Shown here piece by piece: positions 13,545 to 29,100 of a DNA stretch of 64,000 nt. Origin of the DNA: Macrostomum lignano. Its lineage: Eukaryota. A program made the position numbers and the translations under genes. Each line of letters begins with the position of its first letter. Within the stretch, counting starts at the first letter, position 1. The notes under the pieces were generated by a model. The model ran no database searches and was not told the DNA's origin. It saw only the letters and a list, made by a program, of their open reading frames with translations. Location of the stretch: assembly GCA_002269645.1 (NCBI GenBank), contig NIVC01002507.1, forward strand, positions 1 to 64,000. The letters are read 5' to 3'.

Positions 13545-16318
13545 CTAAGGCGCAGAATGAACCAGAGGTTTTTGGGCGTCGGATTGACAGGCCCCCTCAG
13601 GCCCTCCTCCTTTTTCAACGGGGCTTGGGACCGTCTTTGGCGAAGCTGCTGCTTCACGTTGAAGGCATTGCAGTTGTTTCATAAAAATTAGCGTTAAAGT
13701 AGAGAGAAATAACAATAGAATCAAACCAGCAGCCACAAATTGAACCATAATCAGCCTCATCCGTTCAGGACTGGGACTTGTTTGCTCTTCTTCCGCAGCC
13801 GGCTGGGCAGCCGCAAGCATCCAGTTGAGCACAGGTTGGCTCCAGTCTCCGCATCTGTTTCTGGCCGCATCCGGGAAGCTGATCAGAGCCGGCAGCTGCT
13901 CACTGCAGTCCGTAAAGCTCACCAGCCCGAGTACCTCACCATCAATGGTAAGATTGACAGCTCTGAGTGAACCACAGAAGACTGAGGAGTTCGTACTCTG
14001 GACGGTATGGTTTCTGGAATCCAAATGTCAAGAGTTGTGAAATTTGATTTAAGTAGCGAGCCAATTGTTCTGACAGCAGATAAACTGCTATTCTCAAGTT
14101 AAGAAACTCACAGCTTATCAGCATCCTCGAACTCAGCCATTTTGCAGCCTTCTGCCCCGCAGTTCAGGTAGAAGACCTTCTTGGTCCTGTGCTCATAGAA
14201 CAGTCCGATGCGAAGCCTCTGTGCGAGATTCAGCGGCTCCTTGCTGCGGGTGCTCAGGCCGGAGCCGATGCGAGTTCGCCGGCCTGAAGCCGGTGTTCAA
14301 GTGGAGTGAAATTGTGCAAGAGTTAAGCTGTGCGGTCTACAGCTAAAATTGATGTGCATTTATCGCTAAACAGTGATATTGTTCCTGTTAATTCTTACTA
14401 CTGCCAGTAGGATAAACTCAACGAGTAGCATTGCGATGCTTTATTTCTGATTCTATCTTACTGGCTTGAAGTTTTGTTAAGTGTTCAGAAACCAACCGCT
14501 TCATTTCAGCTTACTCTCTGTTACGAAGCTCTGCAGAGCCGCGGAGCTGTTGAAGCTGGCGAGCCTCATGACTCCGCTGTCAGCGCTCATCGCAGCCAGC
14601 TCAGCAGTCAGGGACCGACGAACCGATCCTGTGGTGTAGCAGTTGCTCTCAAAATTAGTCATGTTTCTGTCGCAGAATCCCGGCTCCATCAGGCGAATTT
14701 GTAGACCCGGGATATTCGCTGAGCTGCTCCGATTCAACCGAAATGAGACAGTCAGGTAGCTCCTACAGTTTCGTGTAGAGCACAGTGATTAGTTTGGAGT
14801 AAGGAAAAGATTTTTTAAAAATAGTTCAGCATCGGGCCAGCTCTATCGTACCCTTTCGTCAGTTGCAGCACCCACAACATCTCCAATTCAACTGGCTTTG
14901 GCTCGCTTGTGGAAGAGCAAGTCGCTGGAAAGTTCAAGTTTCATTGGGAGTTGACTGCTTTTATCGAGTACCGGCTAGAAGTCTGTATCTGTAGTGTGGC
15001 ACTAAAACCTACAGACTTCTCGCACACACTTGCCATTAAACAAGTACAGACTTCACTACTGCACTATGCATTTATGCGTCGCGTGAAGTTCGTTTTTGTC
15101 ATCTCTACTATTTGTTTTCAACTTCCTTAAACTGTATAAAGCCTTCTGTTGGTAATTAACTGAATGAACGTCAATAAACCGCTTTTAGATGTTCTGTTTC
15201 TAGCTCGTAGCAAAAGACTAACTGCATGCGAACAGGAAATACAAGTTAGAACTGGACAAAATTAAATATTATAATATATCTGTAATTGTGCTCGAAGCTT
15301 GCTCTACTTACAATCCGAATCATTCGAGTGCAGTTGGTATCGCATCGGTTGATGTTGTACAGGTGAATCCACAGATCTTTTCCACCTCCGCTTGCTTAGG
15401 TACGCCTTCGTGTCAAAGCCAGTCAGAACCACAACGGCTTTGTCAAGATGGTCAGTCAGAATTTTCCATTTGCAGTTGAGGCCTTCCTCAGGCACGGGCT
15501 CTCCGTAAGTTTTAGGTATGATTCGATCCTCAATTAAATCCAGTTTTAAGCTGAGCTGCAACACAGTGATGCCACGCGGATAGCAGTAATGGTAGCCTGC
15601 CTGAGCTCTGAAGAGAAGAGTAAAAGGGTGGGACTGTAGATTTATTGTAAATGGACACTTAGAAGTTACTGGAAGGCCCACTTAAGATTTGGTCTACTAA
15701 AAACGTTTTTTTCTGAGCTATTACTGGCAACATGTGTTGTTGATTGTGTGATTATTTGGCTTTTCGGTCGGCACTTCAGTTTTTCTCGCATATCGACCTC
15801 TTAAGTAATACGAGTATGTTTTATATTTTTTAATAATGTATAGAATGTATAGTAATAGATTATTATCATTAGCTATGCTCTATACACATGAACGTGTAGA
15901 AATGCCATCGATTTTGGGGCAACATTCTAGGCGAATTCAATACGATAAAATGGGTATGTACTTTACCATCCTACTGATAGTAAAAAGACAAGAAAATATC
16001 GCGTGAAGAACAAGTGCTGTTTATCCAGCTACAGTACTATGATATAATCCAATTAACTTTCGTACATTAATGTCGTACATTGACAGCGCCAGCCTCGCAA
16101 GGACAGGCCCCCAAAGAACAGCCCCAATCAGTAGGGGGCGCCACTCTGGCGCCCCCAGAGTGGCATCACAAAACATTCAGCCCACCTTTATGGAAATACG
16201 AATCCGCTATATCCCTGTTGGTTTAATAAATGAAGCATCGCATCACTCACATTTGAAGTGCAGCAGACAGCAGCAGAAGAGTCGTCAGGCTTCTGCCAAT
16301 CACAATCTGCAAATTCAT
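13545..16318 (-). pseudogene. Receptor-like gene, copy B (nonsense in exon 3)
   Basis: E1 16318-16251, E2 15607-15312, E3 15008-14852, E4 14762-14515, E5 14283-14112, E6 from 14013. In-frame TGA at 14941-14943 where copy D has TGG; cytoplasmic tail frameshifted (..LVHSAP*). Confidence 0.8.
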
Positions 16319-18788
16319 CCGTATGTCGCTCACTTCCGGCATCTAAAAATCGTGGTGAGCGGTGGGCGCAGCATGGAGTTTCTGAGTCTGCGCCAGCATT
16401 TATAGGCAAGACGTGAAGCTGCCGAACAAGGATATTCGTCAATACTTCTTGTACGCTTAATATACGAAATTTCTGATTTTAGCAATCTGATTTCTGTTTT
16501 AGTACCCGGAAGTAGAGACACAATTAACTTGGCTTTTAGTTAACCCCAACCCTCCTACCATGGAATTTTAGATGCAAAATCGTGTAGATTTATCTTATTT
16601 TATTTTAAACTAAATGTAGCATCTGGTGAGACAGACTCAGCCTTTGCTTTGACTTACCTGAGTAGTATAATTATATTTGAGTGACTCTAGTGAACCCAGT
16701 AGCTATAATACTAGATATACGAGCGTATTACAAAGAAAGTCATCAGGTCCACAAAAATTAAAATAATAAATAACGCTCTCCATAAAAGTTCCTATCAAAG
16801 GCTCTATAAAGGGTGTCTATAAACTTTCCCAACGATGTGGTCTACGTGCCAAAGGCTCCCTAGGAAGTGGGACAGAAGTTTTATTTTGTCCATGGCCAAA
16901 CTGTACCCTGAACAGTCGAGGCAGTAAACATAAAGACAACCATTTCAGACTAGTCAGACTTCAAATCCGTCTTTCTGACTACTTGGCTGCCTTAAGCGTT
17001 GTCAGTTCACCATGGCAGAGGTTCAACCTCCACAAAGTCAAAATGCAAGAATAACCGACTAAACGCGGAGACTCATCATCCAGGGCCACAAACGAGGAGA
17101 ATCAATGCACAGTACAAAACAGTATAGCTGTACAGGAGTTTCGCGGGGAGAGGATATACTGTACAGCAGTCATCATCCGCACTGTCAATAGAAATATATA
17201 AAACACCGCTTCAACACAGTCCTGCATTTGGGGTCAGACTTGGGGAGAGACATGGATGATGCAACCTCCACCCCATCGCTTGGCGAGAGTTTGTACAGGC
17301 CTACCTCTAAGGTATGTGTATTTTATAAGTGATTTCGAATAAACTATTCAGCATATTCAAACCTGTAGTCTCCAAGGGCGAAAATGTACATACATAATTT
17401 TTGGGTATGTTGCGGATATGAGTATAGAGGCTATCGATGTACATATAGACTCCGGCCAGTATTGTTCAAATCTGTCTCTGCATGTACATTGGAAATATAC
17501 ATATACGATGTGAGCTATACAATTTTAGGCGATGGTGACTCAATTGGCAGTAGGCGACGCTCCCGACGCTGATGGGATTGTACAGCGCGCACGCGTACAC
17601 CCCACCTCTGCGCATAACTGTACACATAGTGGGGTTTCGAATTGTACATGTAACCTTGGTGATTCATACGCGCGGGTCGTCTGGGGAAGACACTGTACAT
17701 GTAGAAGTAGATTAATGTAGAAGTATGTACAGTGTACATATGCAATTGGGGATAGACATGTACAGATACAATTTGGGATAGGGATTAATGTACATATATG
17801 AGTACATGGATTAATGTACATGTGATTAATGTACATGGATTAATGTACATATACGAGTATATATCGAAGTATTTATATCCCGCTTAGGATAGCGTTTTCA
17901 TACACTACTTACTTCATTTTCAGATAGTAGTATAATTTGCGTTTTTGCATCAAATCTGCCTCAAAACCCTGCAGTTTCTGCACGATACATAGTAACTGAG
18001 GTAACTAAATGTGCACGAAACTCAAGTACTCAACTCGCTTTTCATGTGTACTCACCAAGAGAAGTAGCTGAGCTTCTTACAGCAGATTTTGAAAGAAATT
18101 TTGTCCAATTTTTACTAAGGGAGAACCGTGGAAAACCCATGACTTTACACTGGTGAAGCCACGGCAAATCTATGGCCAGTCCAAGTGAAACCCACGGTTT
18201 TGCCGTGAAATCTTGTTAAGTGTAGTGGAGCAAGTTTCAAGTACAAATGAAAGGCAATTCCATGGCTCTCCCATGGAATCTCCCATGGAGTGCGATTCAG
18301 TCAGTAGAATTGGTTAAATAGCCAATAGGGTTGAATTAGGAGTGTGGGTGTATGCGTGCGTACAGTTGCCGCCCTTCACCACACTATTGTACGTAGCATG
18401 CCAGGAAAGAGAAGCAGAGGACGCACCCTCGATCTGTATCGTGCATATTCTGCCAGACCAAGCATGTACTGTTCTGTAATGTCAGTGCTGTCAGTGCTGT
18501 ACAAAAAAGGGAAATTCGTTTTACAGAGAACTTTAGAGTGAAATAGATGGTTTTAGGTGGTGAAATATAAAAAAATTATGCATACAGATCCCACAAATAG
18601 TTCGTAAATAATAATATGCCTGCCGTTCAGCTCAAAGCAGTCAACTGCAGGGAATGATTGGAACAAGCATGTGACATTGGGTCTGGCGGATGTCTCTTGT
18701 CGTCTAGGTTAAAAGACTAAAATTTTCTTTAGGGGTTCGCAAGGGTTTTCAAAATGCATTTATGAATTCTTATTTTAGTTTAGTTCAG

Positions 18789-18918
18789 CTAAAGCCCCTT
18801 GGTGCTAAAGCACCTTGCTGCTAAAGCCCCTTGGTGCTAAAGCCCCTTGGTGCTAAAGCCCCTTGGTGCTAAAGCCCCTTGGTGCTAAAGCCCCTTGGTG
18901 CTAAAGCCCCTTGGTGCT
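18789..18918 (+). repeat. 16-bp minisatellite (GCTAAAGCCCCTTGGT)~8
   Basis: Direct tandem repeats. The same array occurs at 49671-49861; seed-like motifs occur at ~3268 and ~46563. Confidence 0.95.
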
Positions 18919-20367
18919 GACGCCTCATGGTGCTAAGCCCGTTGGTCCTGGCGCCTCTCATTGCAGTCGCCCCTGAAAGACACAGCCCCAACAAAAACCA
19001 TAGCTGCAAACCTGATATGATGAACTCCAAACCAGGTCCGGGAATTCTAGGACTTAACGACAATAAAACATTTCCGTCGAATTCTGACTCCCACTGGGTA
19101 GAGAGACAGCTGAGCTTCATGCCACTTGTACAAAGAAATGAATCGAGAACATGAACTACATCTGACATGTAGATTTAATACTCTGTTTTCTGTTGTCGCA
19201 TCATTCTAATTAACCCGTACAGAAATCCGACACACGGGACGCCGCTGGCAAATGCAGGTGCTTTTACAATGCAGCGACGTTCAGCCAACGTCGTTCACTG
19301 GTGCAATGCGCCTATTTGTCGGATTCTATGGGAACCGCTCATGGTGGGACGATGTCGACGAAAGTCCACAGCTTTCCGGAAATTGCTATTATAAGCTAAC
19401 CTTAGAGGAATGCAATTAACAATAAACAATAGGACAATTATGATATTGTAAATGCGCTCGGTTATGATATTCCAAATAGTGAAATGCATTCGGACATTGC
19501 AAATCAAGTATCCCCCACTTGCCCCGGGCAGTTGTCTATGTTTTTAAGCTTTTAATTTATTTGCACTAGTGCAATAAATTACAATATTTATTTCACTTTG
19601 CATCGATGCAAATAAATTAACTATAACAGAACTATAACACAACCATAGACAAACAGAATTAGTGAGTGAGACCCAAAGGCATCAGTGTGGAAGAGGTTAA
19701 TTAAAATTAAACGAGCGAACAAATAAATAATCAGTAATGTAGTTAGTAGTTAGTAAGATGCTTCTACTTTTAAGTGTTGGATACATATCATATTCTCAAC
19801 TCATTTAGTTGTCTAGACAACAAAATAAATGGGGAATATTATACATTTATTGCCCTAGCACTGGTATAAATTGGGAATATATACCATTTCTTCTTCCTCC
19901 TAATTTTCTTTCTTCTTATTTAACTCTCAGGGATTAATACTTACAGGCAGTTTTTCAATTGCCTACTCATCAAGATTATTCTTGAAAGCAGCTCTCTGAC
20001 TACGTAATCACCGATAACTCTTAGATATCAGATTGCTTAATTTTCCAATTATTTCTGCTGGATCCTTCAAGTGACAGGTTACTAAATTTTGTTTATTTTA
20101 CGTAGTACAGTGGTCCTTAGTTACACTTTTATTACAAACATAAATTTTGCAAAATTTTGTGGATACAATGGCTACGAGTAGATTGGTGCGAAACACTCAG
20201 TCTCAATGCGCTCGTTTTTCATTCACTATTTTGTCTCTGTTTCATTCATAATTCTGTCTCTGTTGCTAGCTCTGCTATTGGCTGATCAAGCAAACATAAT
20301 AAGCGGGGCAAAGTGCGAACTGAAAGGACATCCGACCACAGTAGCGACGCTTAACGCGCAGCACCCT

Positions 20368-23300
20368 TTACACCAGATGATTTTCAGAGTCGGATTGGCA
20401 GACCTCCTCAAACCCTCCTCCTTTTTTAACCGGGCTCTGGGTCGGCTTTTGCATAGTTGTCGCTTTTAATTGAAGGCTGAGCTGTCGTCTCAGAAAAATA
20501 AGCGTTAAAGTAGAGAGAAGTGTAGCATTAGCCATAAGTACAACCATAATCAGCCCCATTCCTCCAGTACTGGGACTTGTCTGTTCTTCTTCTGCAGTCG
20601 GCTGGGCAGCCGCAAGCATCCAGCTGAGCACAGGTTGGCTCGTGTCTCTGCATCTGTTCCCGGCCGCATCCGGGAAGCTGATCAGAGCCGGAAGCTGCTC
20701 AGTGCAGTCCGTAAAGCTCACCTGCCAAAGTACCTCACCATTACCTCCCAGATTAGCAGCCCTTAGCGAGCCGCAGGAGACAGATGAGTTCGTAGTCTCG
20801 ACAGCATTGTACCTGGAATTCAAATGCCAGGAGTTGTGAAGGTATAAACTAATTAGAGAGCCAATTGCTGTGCATGAAAATTAACTTTTGTCAATAAGTT
20901 AAGAAACTCACAGCTTATCAGCATCCTCGAACTCAGCTATTTTGCAGCCAGCTTCTGCCTCGCAGTTCAGGTAGAAGACCTTCTTGGTCCTGTGCTCATA
21001 GAACAGTCCGACGCGAAGCCTCTGTGCGAGATTCAGCGGCTCCTTGCTGCGAGTGCTCAGGCCGGAGCCGACGCGAGTTCGCTGGCCTGAAGCCGGTGTT
21101 CAAGTGGAGTGAAATTGTGCAAGAGTTAAGCTGTGCTGCCTACAACCCGACCCGAGATACTCGTAAACAGCGATGTTTAGCAGAGGACACTGTGCATGAT
21201 AAGCTAGCAACGAAAGCCATTTCTAAGTTATTGCAGGCGTGGGATGAACATCTCTAGTGCGTACTGCTCCTATTATGGTTTTTGAAATGGTTTAAAAATA
21301 ACGGCTGTGCGGCTTTGAACTTGTGCATATTGATCGATAAAATATGAAAACTATAGGTGTAGAATTAAAGGGGTACGACAATTTTGTTTCAATTTTTTGT
21401 TGTGTTGTCTAAATTGTGCTGTCATAGTGGTAGCATGATCCAGCATGCAATATTGCAAAAATATGCTAGTTAGGGCATAAGACCTTAACGTATAGGATAC
21501 AAAAGCAGACGTACAAATTGGAAAAAACGTCGCCTTTAAACTTGAAAACTTGCCTTGAGCAAACCGGCTTTAGTGCCCAAGCGCGCTGCGTCTGTGCGCC
21601 CCCCCCCCGCCGCGTGTGTACGTTCTGTTGTGTGTTCTTAGGTGGGCGCCCACCCTTCCGCCGGCGGGGGGTATTTTATTCCAGCCGCGCTGCTGAGCTG
21701 GTAGTGTTTTCGCGCAGTTCTTGTTTTTCTTCTTTTATCCTTATTCTTTTAATCAACTATAATTCTTTTAATTCTTATCCTTATTCTTTTAATGCTTCCT
21801 CTTTCGCCAACATCGCGTCTTCGTGTATTGCTTTGGGGCAACTAAATGGAAAGATGTGGAAATGCGGCTTGCACTAAAACATGCAATGCACGTTATAACT
21901 CGGATTTATCAAAAGCCGATGCAGATTTTTTGCATGATAAAAATTTTTTCGTCCTGGCAACGAAAACGAACAGCGATACGCTCGTACATGGAGCTGCCAA
22001 GGGACCTGGCCCGATTAATTTGACTTTTTAAGAGTCTATGTTTTGATCTAGGTAAACTGATAAAAAACGTTTTTTTCGAGAGGCAAAACTAAAATTTTTA
22101 AGCATTTGGTTAAATCTGAAAAGAAAATGGTTCACTCCAGCTTACTCTCTTTGACGAAGTTCTGCAGAGCTGCGGAGCTGTTGAAGCTGGCGAGCCTCAT
22201 GACTCCGCTGTCAGCCCTCATCGCAGCCAGCTCAGCAGTCAGGTTCCGACGAACCGATCCAGTGGTGTAGCAGCTGCTCTCAAAATTAGTCATGCTTCTG
22301 CCGCAGAATCCCGGCTCCATCAGGCGAATTTGCAGACCTGGGATATTTGCAGAGCTTCTCCGATTCAGCCGGAATGAGACCGTCAGTTAGCTCCTACAGT
22401 TTCGTGTAGAGCACAGTGGTTGTGTTTCAATTGAGGAATAGATATAAAAGAATTGGTCCAGCATCGGGCCAGCTCTATCGTACCCTTTCGTCAGTTGCAG
22501 CACGCGCAACATCTCCAGTTTTACGGGATTTGGCTCGCTTGTTGAAGGCGACGAGCAAGTCGCTGGAAATGCATTGGGATTTGTATTGGAACGATAAGAA
22601 TGAAAGCATTTGCCTTTTTTTATCGAGTACCTGCTACCAGTCAGCAGTAGGAGTAAAAAACCACTGACTGCTTGTTCTCGGTAATGGTTAGAACTTGAGG
22701 TCGAAACCAATATCACATGTATAATACCATGTTTAATTGTGCTCAAAGCGCTGCTTACAGTCCGAAACATTCGAGTGCAGTTCGTATCGCATCGGTTGTT
22801 GCTGTGCAGCTGAGTCCACAGATCTTGTCCACCTCCGCTCGCTTGCGTGAGCCTCCGTGTCAAAGCCAGTCAGAACCACAACGGCATTGTCAAGATAGTC
22901 AGTCAGAATCTTCCATTTGCAGTTGAGGCCTTCCTCAGGCACAGGCTCTCCGTAAGTTTTAGGAATGATTCGATCCTCAATGAACTCGATTTTTACGCTG
23001 AGCTGGAACTCATTGGTGTTGCCACGCGGATAGCAGTACTGGTTGCCTGCCAGAGTTCTGTGGAGAAGAATAATATTCTTTTGTTGCTGTGAATTGATAG
23101 TTATAAGTTACTGGAGGGCTCACTCAAACGTTGACCCTCTTTAAAGTCTTCCGTTAGAACATTAAATATTTTGTTTCTTGCCACATTTCCACCTATTTGT
23201 GCAGAGATGGATCGCAACGAAAATTAAAGAAATCGATTTTTTGGGTAATTTGAAGGTTATAATCAAACTAAATTGATGTCCATCGCTGAATTAAAGCAAA

Positions 23301-23570
23301 AATTCAATTAAAATGACAGCATCATCCCTGAAAGTACAGACTTTCCCTATAAGCCGCCCAGGTAGGACAGTCCCATAAAGGACAGAACCATAATCAGTAT
23401 GACGCATTCCAAGCATTCAACCCACCCCGAGCAAAAACCAGAATCTGCTACAGAAATCCCAGTTTGGTGCAAGAAATTGAGCATCGCATCACTCACAGTT
23501 GAAGTGCAGCAGACAGCAGCAGAAAAGTCGCCAGGCTTCTGCCAATCGTTATCTGCAGATTCAGCCGCAT
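20368..23570 (-). pseudogene. Receptor-like gene, copy C (nonsense at start of exon 4)
   Basis: E1 23570-23497 (MRLNLQITIGRSLATFLLLSAALQ), short intron 2, E4 from 22393 with TAA at 22387-22389 where paralogs have TAC (Tyr). Enlarged intron 4; E6 ORF 20368-20823 with TM. Confidence 0.8.
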
Positions 23571-26134
23571 GCCGCACTTCCTGCACCTAAAAATCACGAT
23601 GAGGGTTGAGCGCAGCATGCTGATAATATGTCAATAATTAGCATTTATAGGTGGACGTGAGATTGCCAACAAGGAAATTCGAAATGACATCAAACTTTGC
23701 AATACGAGCGTACTTTTAGGTGATCTGATTTCTTTTTTCGTATCCGGAAGTAGTGACAATTACCTTTTCTGAACCCAACCCTGCTAACCAGGAAATTTTG
23801 TAAGCGATTCGAGAACTAGAATGGCTGTTCTTTGAACAAAAGCAGGAGATTTTCTGGGAACAGAGAAATATTTTGTTAAAATAATGCAGCTAATACCTAA
23901 GCAAATACCCTTTCTCTCCTACGTCCTTCCCCAGATAAATATGATTTGGTAAATAGCATTGTTTAGCATAGCCATCAAGTAGTGCTCAAATTTCTTAAAA
24001 ACTAACGTGCACGAAACTCAACTCTCTGTCCATGTGTACTCACCAAGAGAAGTTGACCAGCTTCGCGCAGACTTTACAGCAGAATTTTAATGAGAAAAAG
24101 TAGCGTAGAACACATTTGATTGTACAGGCGAAGGCGTAACTGTGGAAAATGGCAACTCCAATTCCAATCCACGGCTATTCCGCGGATATTCTTTCTTCTA
24201 TTCTCAGTGAAGCACAAATTTAAGTACAACCCAAAGGCAATTCCATGGCTTTTCCATGGAAATTCAGTCAGTAGAATTGTTTGAGTAGTGTTGAATTAAA
24301 GCAGTGCGAGCCTGTGCGCACTCACATTGTGACCGCTCAGTACGAGGTACGAGCTAGCTAATTAATAGACTACCTGGCCCTTCAGCTCAAAGCACTCGAC
24401 TGCAAGGAATAAGATTACGCTCGTACAAGCGTGTAACATTGGGTCTGGCTGATGTCCCTGCTGTCTGAGCCAAAGGATTAAACGTTTATTTATTTTCTTA
24501 ATACTACTGTGGTGCACAAACAACATTAATTTCGCCGCTCTTTTTTTGTCTCTGTGGTGAAAAATTTAGCTAAAAGTTTGGGCCACGTTTCACATTCCCC
24601 AGACTTCCAATTTCTTCAGATTCTACAATCCCAAGATTTTAAGTTCCCTAAATTTTTCATTCCCAAAATTTCCCACTCTCAAGATTCACTTTCTTCTGAT
24701 TTTACATTCCCCGAGAGTTCACATTCCCCAGATTTCCCATTCCTTGTCTTTCACATTTCTCAGATTTCTCCAGCCTCATGTATGTATCGCGGGTTTGCAC
24801 CTAGCCTGGATTGCCTGGATTGCCCAGCAAGATTTTTCAAACTTTATATGCATTTTCCCAGCAGGAGAACACTAATAATTTGGCTGCGGTCGTGGGGAGT
24901 CACTCAGACGGAATTTGTCGCACTCTCGAAAATGCCCGTCGTGCAGGTAAAAGCCTTTGGTTTTCTATTCCTTAAAAACATAAATTAATACTCGCAGCTT
25001 TTCTTGCCAGCTTGATGCTGCCTTCAGGACATGTACAGTACATAAGTATACAATATTACAATTATGACATGGTAATTTCAGTCGGTTGGTTATGACATTC
25101 CGAATTCGTAAGATCAATGCAGCAGCTACAGCCTTAATTTGAGATGCTTTAGCAACTGCGTCACATCTTAAATGTTTTTACTATTACAACGCGGCTCGTA
25201 TTTATGCAAATAATCAATTTTCCCTACAGAATTTTTACAATCTTACAGCTGCATCATTATTAAATTCCATAATTATTCTTCTTTCTCATTTTTGTTGTAT
25301 TTATTTTTATTTAATTTAGGTATTAATTAAAGGAAGTTTTTCGATTGCCTACTTTCTAGATTATTCTTGGAAGTACGACGTATCTCTCTGACTACCTTAA
25401 TCATCATTCACTTAGTTATCAGCTTGCATAATTCTTGAATAACTTCATTTCTGCTGGATTCTTAAAGTGACAGGTTAATCAACATTTTTTATTAAATTTT
25501 ATTGCTATGTTCATCAATATACGCTCGTAAATTTACACTTTCGTAACAAACGTAAACTTCGCAGATCTGTCACAGATAGAATGGCTAGGTTAGTAGGTAA
25601 AATGTTAAACAATGGCCAAAATTGTCCATGCGCTCGTTTTTTCACCACTGTTTAATTCAGCTACAAACTAAACAGTCAACCCTTATTCCACACATCTTTC
25701 GCGTTAGTGCAGTGAAAAAAATCAAAAGATGTGTGGAAGGATAAGGTAAAGCAGTAAATGAATTTTAAACAAATAAAATATTTATAGTATTTACAGGGAT
25801 TACAGCATTTATAGAGCATAATAGTGACAGCATAAGTATACAGTAGTCACTCGCATATAACAGCCAGCGGATTTCTCACTCAATCCTCGTAGTTCATTCT
25901 TAGTAAAGCTTCTAACACTTAGTTAACACCAGCAACAAAAACACAAAATATTGTCTGTTAAATCTTCAAACCAGTAATTTCCGGATGCGTCCGATGAGGA
26001 AGTGAAGCTGGATTTCGAGCAAACAGACTCCACAATTGTTAAAGATTTTGTCTCTTTTGCAAGCGTGGATATTGGCTGATCAAACCGAGATGATTGGCGT
26101 GACTAAATGAGAGCTGGTAGCCTTTCAAGCTGTT

Positions 26135-29100
26135 TTATGTGCGTGCTGTAGCCTTTGTCAGGGTGATGGGTGTCACTACGTCCATAATGGGCACATGGGT
26201 TGACTTTGTGGAGCATTCAGCTACGACGTCTGAGGCGCGACGAACCAAAGATTTTTGAGAGTCGGATTGGCAGACCTTCTCAAACCCTCCCCCTTTTTCA
26301 ACCGGGCTTGAGACCGTTGCTGCTGTATATTGAAGGTACTGCCTTCTTCTCACAAAAAGTCGCGTCGTAGTAAAAATAAATGCTAACAGAGTCGTAGCAA
26401 AAGCTCCAAGCAGAACCATACCCACCACATTCATCTCTTCAAGACTGGGACTTAGTCTGTTCTTAGACTTAGACTTAGTCCCTTCAGTCTGTTCTTCTTC
26501 CGCAGCCGGCTGGGCAGCCGCAAGCATCCAGCTGAGCACAGGTTGACTTGAGTTTCCGCATCTGTTTCCTGCCGCATCCGGGAAGCTGATCAGAGCCGGA
26601 AGCTGCTCACTGCAGTCCGTGAAGCTCACCAGCCCGAGTACGTCACCATCAATGGTAAGATTGACAGCTCTGAGCGAGCCGCAGGAGACTGAGGAGTTCT
26701 TAGTCTCGACAACATGGTAACTGGAATTCAAGTGTCAGGAGTTTGGATTTGTATGTGACTTGACTAGCAAGCAAGGTTAACAAAATTTTGAGACTGCTGA
26801 TTCTCAAGTCAAGAAACTCACAGCTTATCAGCATCCTCGAACTCAGCCATTTTGCAGCCAGCTTCTGCCCCGCAGTTCAGGTAGAAGACCTTCTTGGTCC
26901 TGTGCTCATAGAACAGTCCGATGCGAAGCCAATGTGCGAGACTCAGCGGCTCCTTGCTGCGGGTGCTCAGGCCGGAGCCGACGCGAGTTCGCTGGCCTGG
27001 AGACGGTGTTCAAGTGGAGTGAAATTGTGCAACATTTAAAATGTGCTTCCTATCCCAAACCCATGTGCATTTGTGCAAATATGTGCAAAAGCAACCTCTT
27101 CACTCAGCTTACTCTCTGTGACGAAGTTCTGCAGAGCCGCGGAGCTGCTGAAGCTGGCCAGCCTCATGACTCCGCTGTCAGCCCTCATCGCAGCCAGCTC
27201 AGCAGTCAGGTTCCGACGAACCGATCCTGTGGTGTAGCAGTTGCTCTCAAAATTTGTAATGTTTCTGCAGCAGAATCCCGGCTCCATCAGCCGAATTTGT
27301 AGACCTGGGATATTCGCTGAGCTTCTCGGATTCAGCCGGAATGAGACAGTCAGGTAGCTCCTACAGTTTTTATGTAGAGTGCAGTGGTTGAGTTCAATTA
27401 CAGAATTATTGATTTCAAAGAATTGGTCCAGAATTGGGCCAGCTCTATCGTACCCTTTCGTTAGTTGCAGCACGCGCAACATCTCCAGCTCCACGGGCTT
27501 TGGCTCGCTTGTTGAAGGCGACGAGCAAGTCGCTGAAAAGTTCAAGTTCCATTGGGAGTTGACTGCGTTTATCGAGTACCGGCTAGAAGTCAGTAGTGGG
27601 GCATTAAAACAAAATTCTCGCTCACAGTTGCCATTCAACAAGTGCAGACTTCACTACTGCACAAAGCATTTATGAGTAGGCGTGAAGTTCAATTTTATCA
27701 TCTCCACTATTTGGTTTTAACTTCCTCAAACTATATAACTTCTGTTTCGCCAGGGGCCGCCTTAGTTATTAACTCTCTTCGTTTGGCTACCAGACGGCTA
27801 ATTAGATCTGTATTGAGCCTTTTGTTAGTAATTAACTGAGTGAACACTATTGAACAGCTTTTAGAACAGCAAAAGAGTAACTGCATTGTAACTTTTATTA
27901 GGAAATAAAAGTTAGAACTGGACAAAATTATTATTTATTCTCTAACTGTGCTTAAAGCGCTGCTTACAGGTTGAAGAAGCCTTTGAGTGCAGTTCGTATC
28001 GCATCGGTTGTTGCTGTGCAGCTGAGTCCACAGCTCTTTTCCACCTCCGCTCGCTTAGGTGAGCCTCCGTGTCAAAGCCAGTCAGAACCACAACGGAATT
28101 GTCAAGATGGTCAGTCAGAATCTTCCATTTGCAGTTGAGCCCTTCCTCAGGCACAGGGTCCGCGTCTGTTTCAGGAATAATTCGATCTTCAGTGAACTCA
28201 AGGCTGAGCTGGAACTCATTGGTGTTGCCACGCGGATAGCAGTACTGGTTGCCTGCCAGAGCGCTGTGGATAAGAATGGGCGGGACAGTAGATTTGGTGT
28301 GGTAAATTTAGTGTTGAAAGTTAATGCAGACGCACCCTATTTATGATCTTAGGTTAGATAAACGCAAAATATTAAATACTTAGTTTTGTGGCATTGTGGT
28401 GAGTAGCTAAGAGATTTTAGAAATGAAAGAAATGACATCGAAACTTTGGTAAAATTGTTTTTTTTGCTTTTACCCTTAGCAATCAGTATGATGACCCAAT
28501 CAGTATGATGACCCAATCAGTATGATGACCCAATCAGTATGATGACCCAATCAGTATGATGACCCAATCAGTATGATGACCCAATCAGTATGATGACCCA
28601 ATCAGTATGATGACCCAATCAGTATGATGACCCAATCAGTATGATGACCCAATCAGTATGATGACCCAATCAGTATGATGACCCAATCAGTATGATGACC
28701 CAATCAGTATGATGACCCAATCAGTATGATGACCCAATCAGTATGATGACCCAATCAGTATGATGACCCAATCAGTATGATGACCCAATCAGTATGATGA
28801 CCCAATCAGTATGATGACCCAATCAGTATGATGACCCAATCAGTATGATGACCCAATCAGCATGATGACCCAATCAGCATGATGACCCAATCAGTATGAT
28901 GACCCAATCAGTATGATGACCCAATCAGCATGATGACCCAATCAGTATGATGACCCAATCAGTATGATGACCCAATCAGTATGATGACCCAATCATTATG
29001 ATGACCCAATCAGTATGATGACCCAATCAGTATGATGACCCAATCAGTATGATGACCCAATCAGTATGATGACCCAATCAGTATGATGACCCAATCAGCA

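Noticed and set aside
17384-17836. ORFs in the TGTACA-rich block
   Set aside because: Low-complexity sequence with no recognisable motif or splice structure.
27361-27453. Intron 3 as a retained, coding 'exitron' (in frame and stop-free in copies C, D, E: 90, 93, 81 nt)
   Set aside because: The other three copies have lengths of 91, 89 and 92 nt. Three of six is compatible with chance, and GT-AG ends are conserved.
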